Source of the DNA: Candidatus Thorarchaeota archaeon
GTDB lineage: Archaea > Asgardarchaeota > Thorarchaeia > Thorarchaeales > Thorarchaeaceae
NCBI GenBank assembly: GCA_016839605.1
Contig: JAEOTX010000176.1
Location: forward strand, 1 to 18,734
Length of the DNA: 18,734 bases
Direction of reading: 5' to 3'
This document shows, piece by piece, positions 1-8,255 of the stretch (positions within the stretch are counted from its first letter, which is position 1; the number at the start of each line of letters is the position of its first letter). The notes beneath the pieces were generated by a model. It searched no databases, was not told the DNA's origin, and worked only from the letters and a program-made list of their open reading frames with translations. The position numbers were made by a program, and so were the translations under genes.

Positions 1-113
1 CCACACTGATAGCAGCTCTGAATATTGGGACCGCCTATTCTCTTGATCATGTCAACAAACTCTGTGTCGACTTCATCAATCACATGCACATCTGGCTGGT
101 CTGCGCTAGTCAT
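1..113 (-). CDS. 5' fragment of an HdrC-like 4Fe-4S dicluster protein (runs off the window edge)
   Basis: Manual translation from the ATG at 113 gives MTSADQPDVHVIDEVDTEFVDMIKRIGGPNIQSCYQCG. This aligns with the N-terminus of the HdrC at 1398 (EDIDPQFTERIVEAGADRIRTCIQCG) and begins a CxxCxxC motif. A GGTG RBS lies 7 nt upstream. Not in the ORF track. Confidence 0.8.
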   Translation of the reverse strand, partial: MTSADQPDVHVIDEVDTEFVDMIKRIGGPNIQSCYQC

Positions 114-222
114 GGTGATGCACCGACTACCCGCGGTGCTAAGATTCCAGACTTAAATCCATTGTCAAAAGGTCGTTTCACTTGAGGCAAAGACTCATTC
201 CCCTATGCGTCCATCATGACCT

Positions 223-1305
223 ATGCTCTGTCCGAATCATGAACGTGAAAGAAGAATTGTATCAAAGGCTATTGGGCAATGTTCACTTTGTCTGGATGCC
301 AATGATAGTGCACTTCATGCAGCAATGGAAAAGCATGAGCAGCTCAGGATTAGGCAGAATCTAGTTTCTCGTATTCCCAATGATGGCAGGGTTGTATGCC
401 CAGACTGTGGTAATCATTGTAGATTGGATGAGGGCGTGATTGGCTTCTGTAACCTTCGTATTGCTGAACAGGGAGTAGTTGCACATCGATTTCCAGGAAG
501 GGCAATAGCCTCCTGGTATTTCGACCCACTTCCAACTAACTGTGTTGCGGATTGGGTCTGTCCTATCACAAAAGGCGACCCAACTTTCACGTACGCCAGA
601 CGACTCAGTAATCTTGCAGTCTTCTACGGTTCATGCAACTCAGATTGTCTGTTCTGTCAGAACGATAGTTTCAGGGAGATGATGGCTAAAGGCGGCCCAC
701 TGATGACTCCAAGGGAGCTTGCTGCAGTAGCAAATGAAAGGACTGCTTGTGTGTGTTATTTCGGGGGCGATCCAGCTTGCAATCCAAGTCACTCCTTGGA
801 AACCTCTAAGCTGCTCAATAAAGAGCGCCAAGTGAGAGTATGCTATGAAACAAATGGAAACATGTCACGAAAGTGGCTCAAGCGGATTGCAGATATAGTC
901 ACAAACACAGGAGGGACCATCAAGTTCGACCTTAAGGCAGTATCACCCCGATTGTATACTGCATTCACAGGTATGTCCAATACTGCAGTTCTCAACAACT
1001 TCCGATTCCTCTCGAAGAAGGGATTGGAGCGCGATGGTGAGTTATTGGTAGCTAGCATTCTGCTCGTACCAGGGTATGTAGGAATCAATGAAGTTCGAAA
1101 GCTATGCGAGTTCATCAAAGAGTGCGACCCAACAATACCTACTGCACTTCTCGGATTTCATCCTCACCATGCCATGTCTGATTTGCCTCGCACAAGCAGG
1201 GCTCATGCAAACGCCGCAAAGGATGCTGCCAATGATATAGGTCTTACAAACGTTAGAATTGGAAACATGGGGCTGTTATCAATGAAGGAGTATCCGTATG
1301 ACTAG
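223..1305 (+). CDS. Radical SAM protein (PflA-like / AmmeMemoRadiSam-related archaeal family) with N-terminal Cys-rich metal-binding region
   Basis: CxxxCxxC motif GSCNSDCLFCQN, plus YFGGDP, YETNG and KFDLKA segments. N-terminal CPNH...CSLC and CPDCGNHC...GFC clusters. Confidence 0.85.
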   Translation: MLCPNHERERRIVSKAIGQCSLCLDANDSALHAAMEKHEQLRIRQNLVSRIPNDGRVVCPDCGNHCRLDEGVIGFCNLRIAEQGVVAHRFPGRAIASWYFDPLPTNCVADWVCPITKGDPTFTYARRLSNLAVFYGSCNSDCLFCQNDSFREMMAKGGPLMTPRELAAVANERTACVCYFGGDPACNPSHSLETSKLLNKERQVRVCYETNGNMSRKWLKRIADIVTNTGGTIKFDLKAVSPRLYTAFTGMSNTAVLNNFRFLSKKGLERDGELLVASILLVPGYVGINEVRKLCEFIKECDPTIPTALLGFHPHHAMSDLPRTSRAHANAAKDAANDIGLTNVRIGNMGLLSMKEYPYD

Positions 1306-1397
1306 ATTGTTTCCCAGAATCTAGACCCCAAAACCAATCCTTATATCTCCAAAGCATCGGCGTCCAATCAGCATCTAGCACGACCGAGGTAATCGTC

Positions 1398-1946
1398 ATG
1401 ACGAATCCCATCTCAAGTGATAAGATCGAGTCCGAGGACATCGACCCGCAGTTTACTGAGAGAATCGTTGAGGCGGGTGCTGATAGAATTCGGACATGTA
1501 TTCAGTGCGGAACATGTTCTAGTGTGTGTCCGAGCGGTCGTCGAACAGCTTTCAGGACACGAGAGCTGATGAGAAAGGCAGTTCTTGGTCTCAAGGATGA
1601 GGTGCTGGCAAGTCCTGATTTGTGGCTCTGTGCAACCTGCTATACGTGCCTTGAAAGGTGCCCCAGAGAGATTAAGGTGACAGACGCAATAATCATCATG
1701 AGGAATATGGCTGTGGATGAGGGCTTCATGCTTCCACAGCATAGGAAAGCATCACAGAAGCTTATCTCAACCGGCCACGCGGTTCCGATAGATGATGCCA
1801 ATCGTAAGGTACGCAAGGATCTCGGTCTAGATGAATTGCCCCCTACAACGCATTCAAAGAAGAAAGCGCTGAGGGATGTTCAGAAGATAATGAAGAAGAC
1901 TGGCTTCAAGAAACTGATTGAAGGCCAAGCAGAGGAGGGAGCATGA
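1398..1946 (+). CDS. hdrC: CoB-CoM heterodisulfide reductase subunit C (2x[4Fe-4S])
   Basis: CIQCGTCSSVCP and LWLCATCYTCLERCPR motifs; C-terminal TGHAVP...RKDLGLDELPPT typical of HdrC; GAGGT RBS; adjacent to hdrB. Confidence 0.93.
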   Translation: MTNPISSDKIESEDIDPQFTERIVEAGADRIRTCIQCGTCSSVCPSGRRTAFRTRELMRKAVLGLKDEVLASPDLWLCATCYTCLERCPREIKVTDAIIIMRNMAVDEGFMLPQHRKASQKLISTGHAVPIDDANRKVRKDLGLDELPPTTHSKKKALRDVQKIMKKTGFKKLIEGQAEEGA

Positions 1947-1947
1947 A

Positions 1948-2844
1948 GTGACAGAGGCTCAGAAGTACTCGTTCTTCCTTGGATGCGTCATGCCAAATCG
2001 GTTTCCTAATCTCGAGAAAAGCATCAGAGTGGTCATGCCCATGCTTGGCATCGAGCTTGAGGACCTAGAAGGTGCCAGTTGTTGTCCGGCCCCGGGAGTG
2101 GTCAGGTCCTTTGATGAACCAACGTGGCTTGCCCTCGCTGCACGTAATCTAGCCCTCGCTGAGATGGCTGGAAATGACATTCTCACTGGATGCAATGGGT
2201 GCTATGGAACCTTCAAAGAAGCACTCTCAGAGGTTCAAGATCATCCTGATAGACTGAAAGAGGTGCAGAAGGTCTTCGATGGAATGGACATCACATTCAA
2301 TGCGGAGGTTGAAGCAAAGCACATTATAGAGGTCATCTCCAATATGGGCGCAGACCGAATCAGAGAGCTAGTAACCCATCCGCTTAACGGCATTAGAATC
2401 GCAGTTCATTACGGGTGCCATCTTCTGAAGCCAAGCAAGAACAGGCCTTGGAAGAAGACTCAGAACCATACATTCCTTGATGAACTCGTTGAAGCTACTG
2501 GCGCAGAGAGTATAAGATACAAGGATAAGTCGCTTTGCTGCGGTGCCGGCGGAGGTGTCAGGGGAAGCAACGTAGCAATTAGTGTCGATATTGCAAAAGA
2601 GAAGCTTGACAACATATTGTCTGCAGAGGTTGACTGCATTCTTAATGTCTGTTCATTTTGCCATTTGCAATACGAGCTGGCACAGCCTCAGTTGAACAAG
2701 GAGCTTGGAGAGAAGAGATACCAGATTCCTGTGATATACTACACACAGCTTCTGGGCCTTGCTCTTGGTTTAGATTCAGGTGAGTTGGGACTTGACAGGC
2801 ATCTTGTCAGTACTCAGCCACTATTAGACAAGATTTCCAGATGA
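1948..2844 (+). CDS. hdrB: CoB-CoM heterodisulfide reductase subunit B (CCG domains)
   Basis: FFLGC, SCCPAPG, TGCNGC, HYGCH, CCGAGGGVR and VCSFCHLQ motifs. Start placed at GTG 1948, after a GAGGAGG RBS and 1 nt past the hdrC stop; the track start at 1918 lies inside hdrC. Confidence 0.93.
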   Translation: MTEAQKYSFFLGCVMPNRFPNLEKSIRVVMPMLGIELEDLEGASCCPAPGVVRSFDEPTWLALAARNLALAEMAGNDILTGCNGCYGTFKEALSEVQDHPDRLKEVQKVFDGMDITFNAEVEAKHIIEVISNMGADRIRELVTHPLNGIRIAVHYGCHLLKPSKNRPWKKTQNHTFLDELVEATGAESIRYKDKSLCCGAGGGVRGSNVAISVDIAKEKLDNILSAEVDCILNVCSFCHLQYELAQPQLNKELGEKRYQIPVIYYTQLLGLALGLDSGELGLDRHLVSTQPLLDKISR

Positions 2845-2864
2845 AGTCCTGAGATTGTACCACT

Positions 2865-3809
2865 TCAGAACCATTTCTTTGCGGCGTAGTAGACGACAAG
2901 CGCCATTATTCCACTACTCACCAAAAATAACAACAGAAACGCAGCAACCCTTGGATCACCGTTAGGTGGTGGAATTGTGGTCGATGTTGAGTTTGGCAGG
3001 GTAGTTGGTGATGTCACTTCACCAGCAGTGAAAGTAGCATCAGATCTATCTGACACATAATAGATACCATCAGTGACCGATACTTCAATCAAATACGTGT
3101 TGAGCAGGAGACATTCACTGCAATCCCACATAAACCATGTTTTGTTTAGATTGGACGCAATTGACTGGAATGTCGTGCCTGAGTCACGGGATATCAAGAC
3201 CTCGTAGGTTAGAATTTCATCATGATTTGTGTCCCACGCATCCCAAGTGACATTATTGACGCCAGTCCAAGTTTCGCCGCCATTTGGTTTGAGGACAGAT
3301 ACTCTTGGTGTGAAGAAGTTGCCAATGAAGACATTCTCAACAGTTTCACTGTATGCTGAACCATTTAGGAGCCAAACGGTGGCGTTTATTGTGCAGGTCC
3401 CATTATTTCCAAGTGGACGTGTATCTATTTGAACAGAATTTGTAGTTGAGCTGTTGGATATCACCGACGGGATTGCATTTGCATTCACCTCAATTCCTAC
3501 ATTGTCAACCAAACCTGATGGAGTCCAAGTAGCATTCAGTATGACATGGTCACCTTCGATTTTATCACCCGAATTCAGCACTCTGACAGTCGAGTTAGTG
3601 CGAGACCAATATGTCAGATTCAGAACAACTTCTTCTGCGGAAGGATAGGAAATATCATTCGTCAACCTCTCAGGCATTGTATCAGGTAGTGTCTGCATCT
3701 GAAGAAACACTGGCGAGATAAGCATAATCAAAATTAGTAGAGAAAGCAGCTCCACTACTTTGATTCTCAAAGCGACTGTTCGACTCTGACGGTTCCTTCT
3801 TGATGTCAT
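2865..3809 (-). CDS. Cell-surface glycoprotein: N-terminal signal/TM, beta-rich (Ig-like) domains, Ser/Thr/Pro linker, C-terminal membrane anchor
   Basis: Basic N-terminus followed by a hydrophobic stretch. Ten N-x-S/T sequons counted. VLKPNGGETW motif typical of Ig-like modules of surface proteins. TSPTTLPNSTSTTIPPP linker, then a TM helix and AAKKWF tail. ATG at 3809 overlaps the upstream stop (ATGA). Confidence 0.75.
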   Translation of the reverse strand: MTSRRNRQSRTVALRIKVVELLSLLILIMLISPVFLQMQTLPDTMPERLTNDISYPSAEEVVLNLTYWSRTNSTVRVLNSGDKIEGDHVILNATWTPSGLVDNVGIEVNANAIPSVISNSSTTNSVQIDTRPLGNNGTCTINATVWLLNGSAYSETVENVFIGNFFTPRVSVLKPNGGETWTGVNNVTWDAWDTNHDEILTYEVLISRDSGTTFQSIASNLNKTWFMWDCSECLLLNTYLIEVSVTDGIYYVSDRSDATFTAGEVTSPTTLPNSTSTTIPPPNGDPRVAAFLLLFLVSSGIMALVVYYAAKKWF

Positions 3810-4270
3810 TCTGGTTGTTCTGGAAATGGTTGTTCCCTCCAAATGCTTAGTGCCTCATACCATAATACCACACACGCTGATACAAGCAGCAGAATCAGAA
3901 TAATCGAGTACCAACTGCCAAACTGCAATAGCATTGTCATGAGGGCTGCTGTCAGTGAAGTGTAGAAAGTAGCGTAGAAAAGGTAGCGGGGCACCATTGC
4001 TCTTCCTCGACCAATGAAGAGTCGAAGAATACCAACACGCACATCACGTGTGATTTTGTATTCACCATGGGCGTTCTTCTCAACAACCCCAAACTGACGT
4101 AGCTTCTCGAGATGGTGGAGTGAAAGGGATGGGCTGGAGAGTTCTGTTCCACGCTGGACTTCTCGTGCAGTCATAGGTGTAGGATGGCGCAAAAGATACC
4201 AGTAGACCTGGAGTGTCTTGCCTTTGATTTGTTCAGCCAATTCTTCCTCAGTTGGCTCGTTATCAGGCAA
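3806..4270 (-). CDS. Membrane-anchored winged-HTH (ArsR-like) transcriptional regulator with two C-terminal TM helices
   Basis: GKTLQVYWYLL...TAREVQRGTELSSPSLSLHHLEKLRQFGVVEKNAHGEY is a wHTH with wing; two hydrophobic segments follow. TTG start preceded by AAGGAG. Confidence 0.82.
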   Translation of the reverse strand: MPDNEPTEEELAEQIKGKTLQVYWYLLRHPTPMTAREVQRGTELSSPSLSLHHLEKLRQFGVVEKNAHGEYKITRDVRVGILRLFIGRGRAMVPRYLFYATFYTSLTAALMTMLLQFGSWYSIILILLLVSACVVLWYEALSIWREQPFPEQPE

Positions 4271-4459
4271 TGACTACAGCTCCTTTTGCTAATCGATAGA
4301 ATGTACAGGCATGCTTTAAACTATGGCCCTTTATTCATCCACATATAGTCCGCCAAGGTAAGGCTCATATAGCTCGACAGTTCGCCCATGCGCAGGGCAG
4401 TCAAGAGACTGTCTCGGTCAACCCCAAAATAGCATCTAGGAAGGCATCAGGAGAATACA

Positions 4460-4807
4460 GTGGTGTCAGCCGTTCGAAAACCAATAACACCAAAGCCCGC
4501 AAGAGAAAGGGAGAAGGTCTTGGTGATACTAGAGGAGCAATGCAAACAGTGCGGCCTCTGCATCGAGTTTTGTCCAAAGAATGTTCTCTGCTTTGATATG
4601 TCCAAATACAATCGAAAGGGCTACCATCCCGTGACTGCATGTGATATCGATGCATGTGTGAACTGTGAATTTTGTGAGAGGATATGCCCTGACATGGCAA
4701 TCTTTTTGGCCAAAAAGGAAGAGGCCAGGAAAGCGTACGACGCCGGAGCAATGGAGGAGAACACCTCAATTCCCGAGTTCGATCGTGAGTCCAAGGAGGA
4801 GAACTAG
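4460..4807 (+). CDS. korD: 2-oxoacid:ferredoxin oxidoreductase delta subunit (2x[4Fe-4S] ferredoxin)
   Basis: CKQCGLCIEFCP and CVNCEFCERICPDMAI motifs with the NRKGYHP linker of KorD/VorD types; stop abuts the alpha-subunit ATG. Confidence 0.85.
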   Translation: MVSAVRKPITPKPAREREKVLVILEEQCKQCGLCIEFCPKNVLCFDMSKYNRKGYHPVTACDIDACVNCEFCERICPDMAIFLAKKEEARKAYDAGAMEENTSIPEFDRESKEEN

Positions 4808-5944
4808 ATGCCTGAGAGAGTCATGTTCACAATGGGAGACATTGCTTGCGCAGAAGGAGCTCTCAGTGCTGGCTGCAAATACTTCGGTGGATACCCAATC
4901 ACTCCTGCAACTGAGATTGCTGAGTGGATGTCAATACGAATGCCAGAAGTTGGCGGAGCATACGTCCAATACGAGGACGAAATTGCATCAATTACTAGTG
5001 TGATTGGAGCATCATGGACAGGTGCTAAGTCCATGACCGCAACCTCGGGGCCTGGAGTAAGCCTCATGCTGGAAGCTATCGGTCTAGCTGTTATGACGGA
5101 GACCCCACTCGTATTGGTCAACATCATGAGAGGTGGTCCAAGCACAGGGCAGCCTACTAAAGGTCAGCAGGGCGATGTGATGCAACCCAAGTGGGGTAGT
5201 CATGGTGATTATCAGATAATTGCCCTTACACCTGCGTCAGTCCAAGAAATGTTCGACCAGACAGTACAGGCATTCAACCTCTCTGAGAAATACAGAACTC
5301 CTGTGTTTGTCCTTGCTGATGAAACTGTAGGCCATATGCGAGAGCGTCTTGTGATTCCTGCTAAAAAGGACCTCAAACTCGAATATAGGAAGCTGGCTTC
5401 AGGACCTCCTGAAGATTACCTTCCCTTCAAGCCAGGTGATGATCTTGTACCACCAATGGCACTCCTTGGATCGAAGTATCAGTTCTATGCAACCGGCTTG
5501 ACTCATGATGAGCGCGGGTACCCGAGTGACAAAGAACACGTTCAGATAGAATTGATTACGAGACTCAATAACAAGATCATCCACAATGCTGACAAGATAA
5601 TTGATGTCGAGGAATTCATGCTGGACGATGCCAAAATCGGGGTCATTGCGTATGGAACTCCATCAAGAAGCGCTAAGAAAGCCATTAAGGATGCGAGAGA
5701 TGAGGGCATAAAAGTAGGAATGCTGCGTTTCAAGACTGTGTGGCCATTCCCAGAAGAGCAAGTAGCCAGGCTCGCGTCTCAAGTTGATCATATCATAGTC
5801 GCAGAACAGAATCTTGGTCAGATGTACTACATGGTGAAAGCAGAAGCAGCACCGACTCCTGTGCACCTGATGGCAAAGCCTGCAGGCATGCCCCAGCTTC
5901 CAAATGAGATTCTGGACAAGGTTAGAGAAATCAACTCGCTGTAG
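4808..5944 (+). CDS. korA: 2-oxoacid:ferredoxin oxidoreductase alpha subunit (KorA-like)
   Basis: GYPITPATEI, EDEIAS, TATSGPG, RGGPSTGQPT, TGLTHDERG, VWPFP and EQNLGQ motifs. Substrate specificity is inferred. Confidence 0.9.
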   Translation: MPERVMFTMGDIACAEGALSAGCKYFGGYPITPATEIAEWMSIRMPEVGGAYVQYEDEIASITSVIGASWTGAKSMTATSGPGVSLMLEAIGLAVMTETPLVLVNIMRGGPSTGQPTKGQQGDVMQPKWGSHGDYQIIALTPASVQEMFDQTVQAFNLSEKYRTPVFVLADETVGHMRERLVIPAKKDLKLEYRKLASGPPEDYLPFKPGDDLVPPMALLGSKYQFYATGLTHDERGYPSDKEHVQIELITRLNNKIIHNADKIIDVEEFMLDDAKIGVIAYGTPSRSAKKAIKDARDEGIKVGMLRFKTVWPFPEEQVARLASQVDHIIVAEQNLGQMYYMVKAEAAPTPVHLMAKPAGMPQLPNEILDKVREINSL

Positions 5945-6060
5945 CCATTCATACTTAAGCTAAATCCAAGAACAGGCGATGAATCAGATTGCTGCAAAAG
6001 CTCCATACTTCTTTGAGGAAGAGGACAGATTCCTATTCGGATGTGCCATTCACAGAAACA

Positions 6061-6576
6061 TCAGAAAAGCCAGTCATGGATACTTCGGGCGATCAGCTCA
6101 AAGGCTCTATTCACATTCTTGTCAAGTCTGACTGAGCTTTCGATATAGTTCATACCGAGCTTTGTTGCCATGTTCTGGCCTTCCTCGGTGGATACTACCC
6201 GTTCATCAACCAAATCAGTCTTGTTGCCTACTAGGAGTGATTGGTATTCTTCCACATTCTTGTCAACTTCAAGCTTCCAATCAGCAATCCCATTCAGAGA
6301 TTCCCAAGAAGTAACGTCATACATGAAAATGACTCCCTGAGTTCCACCATAGTAGTTAGCTCGAACTCTCTCCAAGAAGTCCTGTGATCCCAGATCCCAT
6401 ATTTGGAGGTTCACCGTGTTGTTGTCTATACGCATCTTCTTGTAGGCAAATCCGGTCCCGAGTGTTGGTGAATAATGCTCACGAAAGGCACCCGTGGAGT
6501 ATCGGATGATAAGGCTGGTCTTACCGACTGACGCGGCTCCAACGGTTACGACCTTGAAGAGATAAGTTGGACTCAT
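6061..6576 (-). CDS. Rab-like small GTPase (Ras superfamily) without a C-terminal prenylation motif
   Basis: G1 GAASVGKTS, G2 PT, G3 WDLGSQ, G4 NKTD, G5 ESSVR. RabF-like segments LGTGF, NLQIW, YYGGT and FMYDVT. ATG 6576 preferred; GTG 6591 possible. Confidence 0.92.
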   Translation of the reverse strand: MSPTYLFKVVTVGAASVGKTSLIIRYSTGAFREHYSPTLGTGFAYKKMRIDNNTVNLQIWDLGSQDFLERVRANYYGGTQGVIFMYDVTSWESLNGIADWKLEVDKNVEEYQSLLVGNKTDLVDERVVSTEEGQNMATKLGMNYIESSVRLDKNVNRAFELIARSIHDWLF

Positions 6577-6677
6577 TATCGGACTTCCCACGCTTTTACA
6601 GTATTCATTGAACAGGTTCTCAGTTAATAATTATCCTGACATATCTAGAATGCAAACTCGAAGTCTAATCGTCTTCT

Positions 6678-8255
6678 TCATCTAAAAATCCCTCTTGGGA
6701 GAGCGATTCCTAGTTGTCTGGAAAGAATCAGGAGAGTTAGCTTTGCAGCTTTCCCCAGCTTTCCATATTCGACCAAGAAACGCTCAAGACTCTCTGTCTT
6801 TTGCCACCCCACCCAGAAATCAGGAGGGATGTCTGCTAGCGGCACTCCAGTTGCATGGCAGATTCGAGAGATGCGCTCGGGCCCATAAATGACCTGCCCA
6901 CGAGTGACAAGGATATAGACCATCTCCTCTACGGCCTCGACATTGGTTGGCTGCAACGACCCAGTCTTGATTACTTTGACCTGAGACCATCTGTCGGCGC
7001 TGAGCTGTTCAAGCCAGAAAGTGAACTCCTCGAATCCTCTAAGGTCATATGAAGCATAACGGTCAATGATCCGATGATAGAAAGTTTGGGTTATACCAGC
7101 GATAAAACCATCTAATCGCTCTCGTTCCAGTCCTCCCACAAATTGGGCTAGCATCTTCATCCATTCACCATAAAGAAGCATGAGTCTACGATGTGTCAGA
7201 CCTTCCAGTAGTTTGAAGTCAAAGTCAACCGACCAACTCTCGTCTATGAATCGGAGCTGGCCTAGAGTTTCAGGAGTATCACTCCTCTTCATCACAGATC
7301 TTAGCACCTCTGTTGCTTGGGTTTGATAATGCTCCTCAGCAACGCGAAGCGCAGATTCCAGAGCTTCCTTCACCAATAGAATTCGCCTCTTCTCGGGGGA
7401 TAAAGCCTCAATGACTTCATTCTCGAGCAGATAGTCCATTACTCTGAGAATCTCTCTCTCGTCATAATATCCTCCGAGCTCAGCCAGGGTTTCTCGAACT
7501 GTTCGCCGTCCATCCATAAGTCCAGCAAGCCTCGGAATGACACCAATCATTTCAGGGTGCAGATTTCTTAGGTCTTCAGTTTCCTTGGATGTTGACTGTA
7601 CGTACCTCAAGAACTGGGTACGTGCACTCACAAAATCGTTGAAACTAAGTGTGTTGCGAAATCGAATGACACGATGAGCCCATAGTGTTGATGTTTCAAC
7701 AATCATCTCTCTTTCATCTATTCCACTCGCTTCTCTGATTTCCCGCACATTTCTAGAGCCATCAATGAAAGGAGCGATTACACTGTCAATGAGGGCAATC
7801 GCATCCGGCTTGATAGTGAAATATGGCACCCAATTATCGGAGAGCTCCTCAAAGGAGAGCTTTTTCATCACGCTCTCTCCGAAGGACTCCAGGTAGGCAT
7901 CAACAAATGATGTACCTAACTCGACCGATTTACATGCTGGAAGCCACTCAAGTTCAAACTCGGCTAGAAGAGAGTCCAAGATATCTGTGGTTTCATGAGT
8001 GAGTCGATGAACGCCAACGGATATCAGATTGGTCTGTACCCCACTTATCACAGTGAAAATTCGAGTTCCATAATCAATCTGGAATTGTGGTGCAGTCTGC
8101 TCAAATACCTCCTTCGAGAACATGTCGATAGCTGCGAAGAAGCTTGATGCCATCACGGGATCCATTCCAAACGCTCGTGGATCAAGCTGCATGTAGAATC
8201 GAGGGCTACCGCTCTTGTCTGTTATTAGAATAGCCTCGATTGAATGACCTGTGAT
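6678..8255 (-). CDS. Longin-domain + tandem winged-helix protein, NPRL2/Npr2 (GATOR1)-like
   Basis: N-terminal IEAILITDKSGSPRF...DPVMASSFFAAIDMFSKE is an Asgard-type longin signature. It is followed by WVPYFT...IAPFIDGSRNVREI and LMDGRRTVRET winged-helix repeats and a helical C-terminal region. Start is uncertain: RBS-supported ATC 8255, or ATG 8381, GTG 8366, ATG 8192. Confidence 0.72.
   Translation of the reverse strand: MTGHSIEAILITDKSGSPRFYMQLDPRAFGMDPVMASSFFAAIDMFSKEVFEQTAPQFQIDYGTRIFTVISGVQTNLISVGVHRLTHETTDILDSLLAEFELEWLPACKSVELGTSFVDAYLESFGESVMKKLSFEELSDNWVPYFTIKPDAIALIDSVIAPFIDGSRNVREIREASGIDEREMIVETSTLWAHRVIRFRNTLSFNDFVSARTQFLRYVQSTSKETEDLRNLHPEMIGVIPRLAGLMDGRRTVRETLAELGGYYDEREILRVMDYLLENEVIEALSPEKRRILLVKEALESALRVAEEHYQTQATEVLRSVMKRSDTPETLGQLRFIDESWSVDFDFKLLEGLTHRRLMLLYGEWMKMLAQFVGGLERERLDGFIAGITQTFYHRIIDRYASYDLRGFEEFTFWLEQLSADRWSQVKVIKTGSLQPTNVEAVEEMVYILVTRGQVIYGPERISRICHATGVPLADIPPDFWVGWQKTESLERFLVEYGKLGKAAKLTLLILSRQLGIALPRGIFR

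Noticed and set aside
205-222. In-frame ATG-CGT-CCA-TCA-TGA-CCT upstream of the radical SAM start, suggesting selenocysteine read-through
   Set aside because: The protein from 223 already has a complete CxxH...CxxC site. The TGA would give UxxxC rather than UxxC, and no SECIS was evident.
1398-2844. hdrBC as evidence for methanogenesis
   Set aside because: HdrBC are common in non-methanogens, and no mcr or mtr genes are in the window.
4405-4415. GAGAC-T-GTCTC palindrome upstream of korD
   Set aside because: Only 5-bp arms and a single occurrence; compatible with chance.
5945-6060. ATGA...AAAA...TGAG pattern resembling a eukaryote-type SECIS, and a short plus-strand ORF (MNQIAAKAPYFF...)
   Set aside because: The required helix does not base-pair and no adjacent gene has a plausible Sec codon. 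The ORF lacks a clear RBS and runs antisense into the GTPase.
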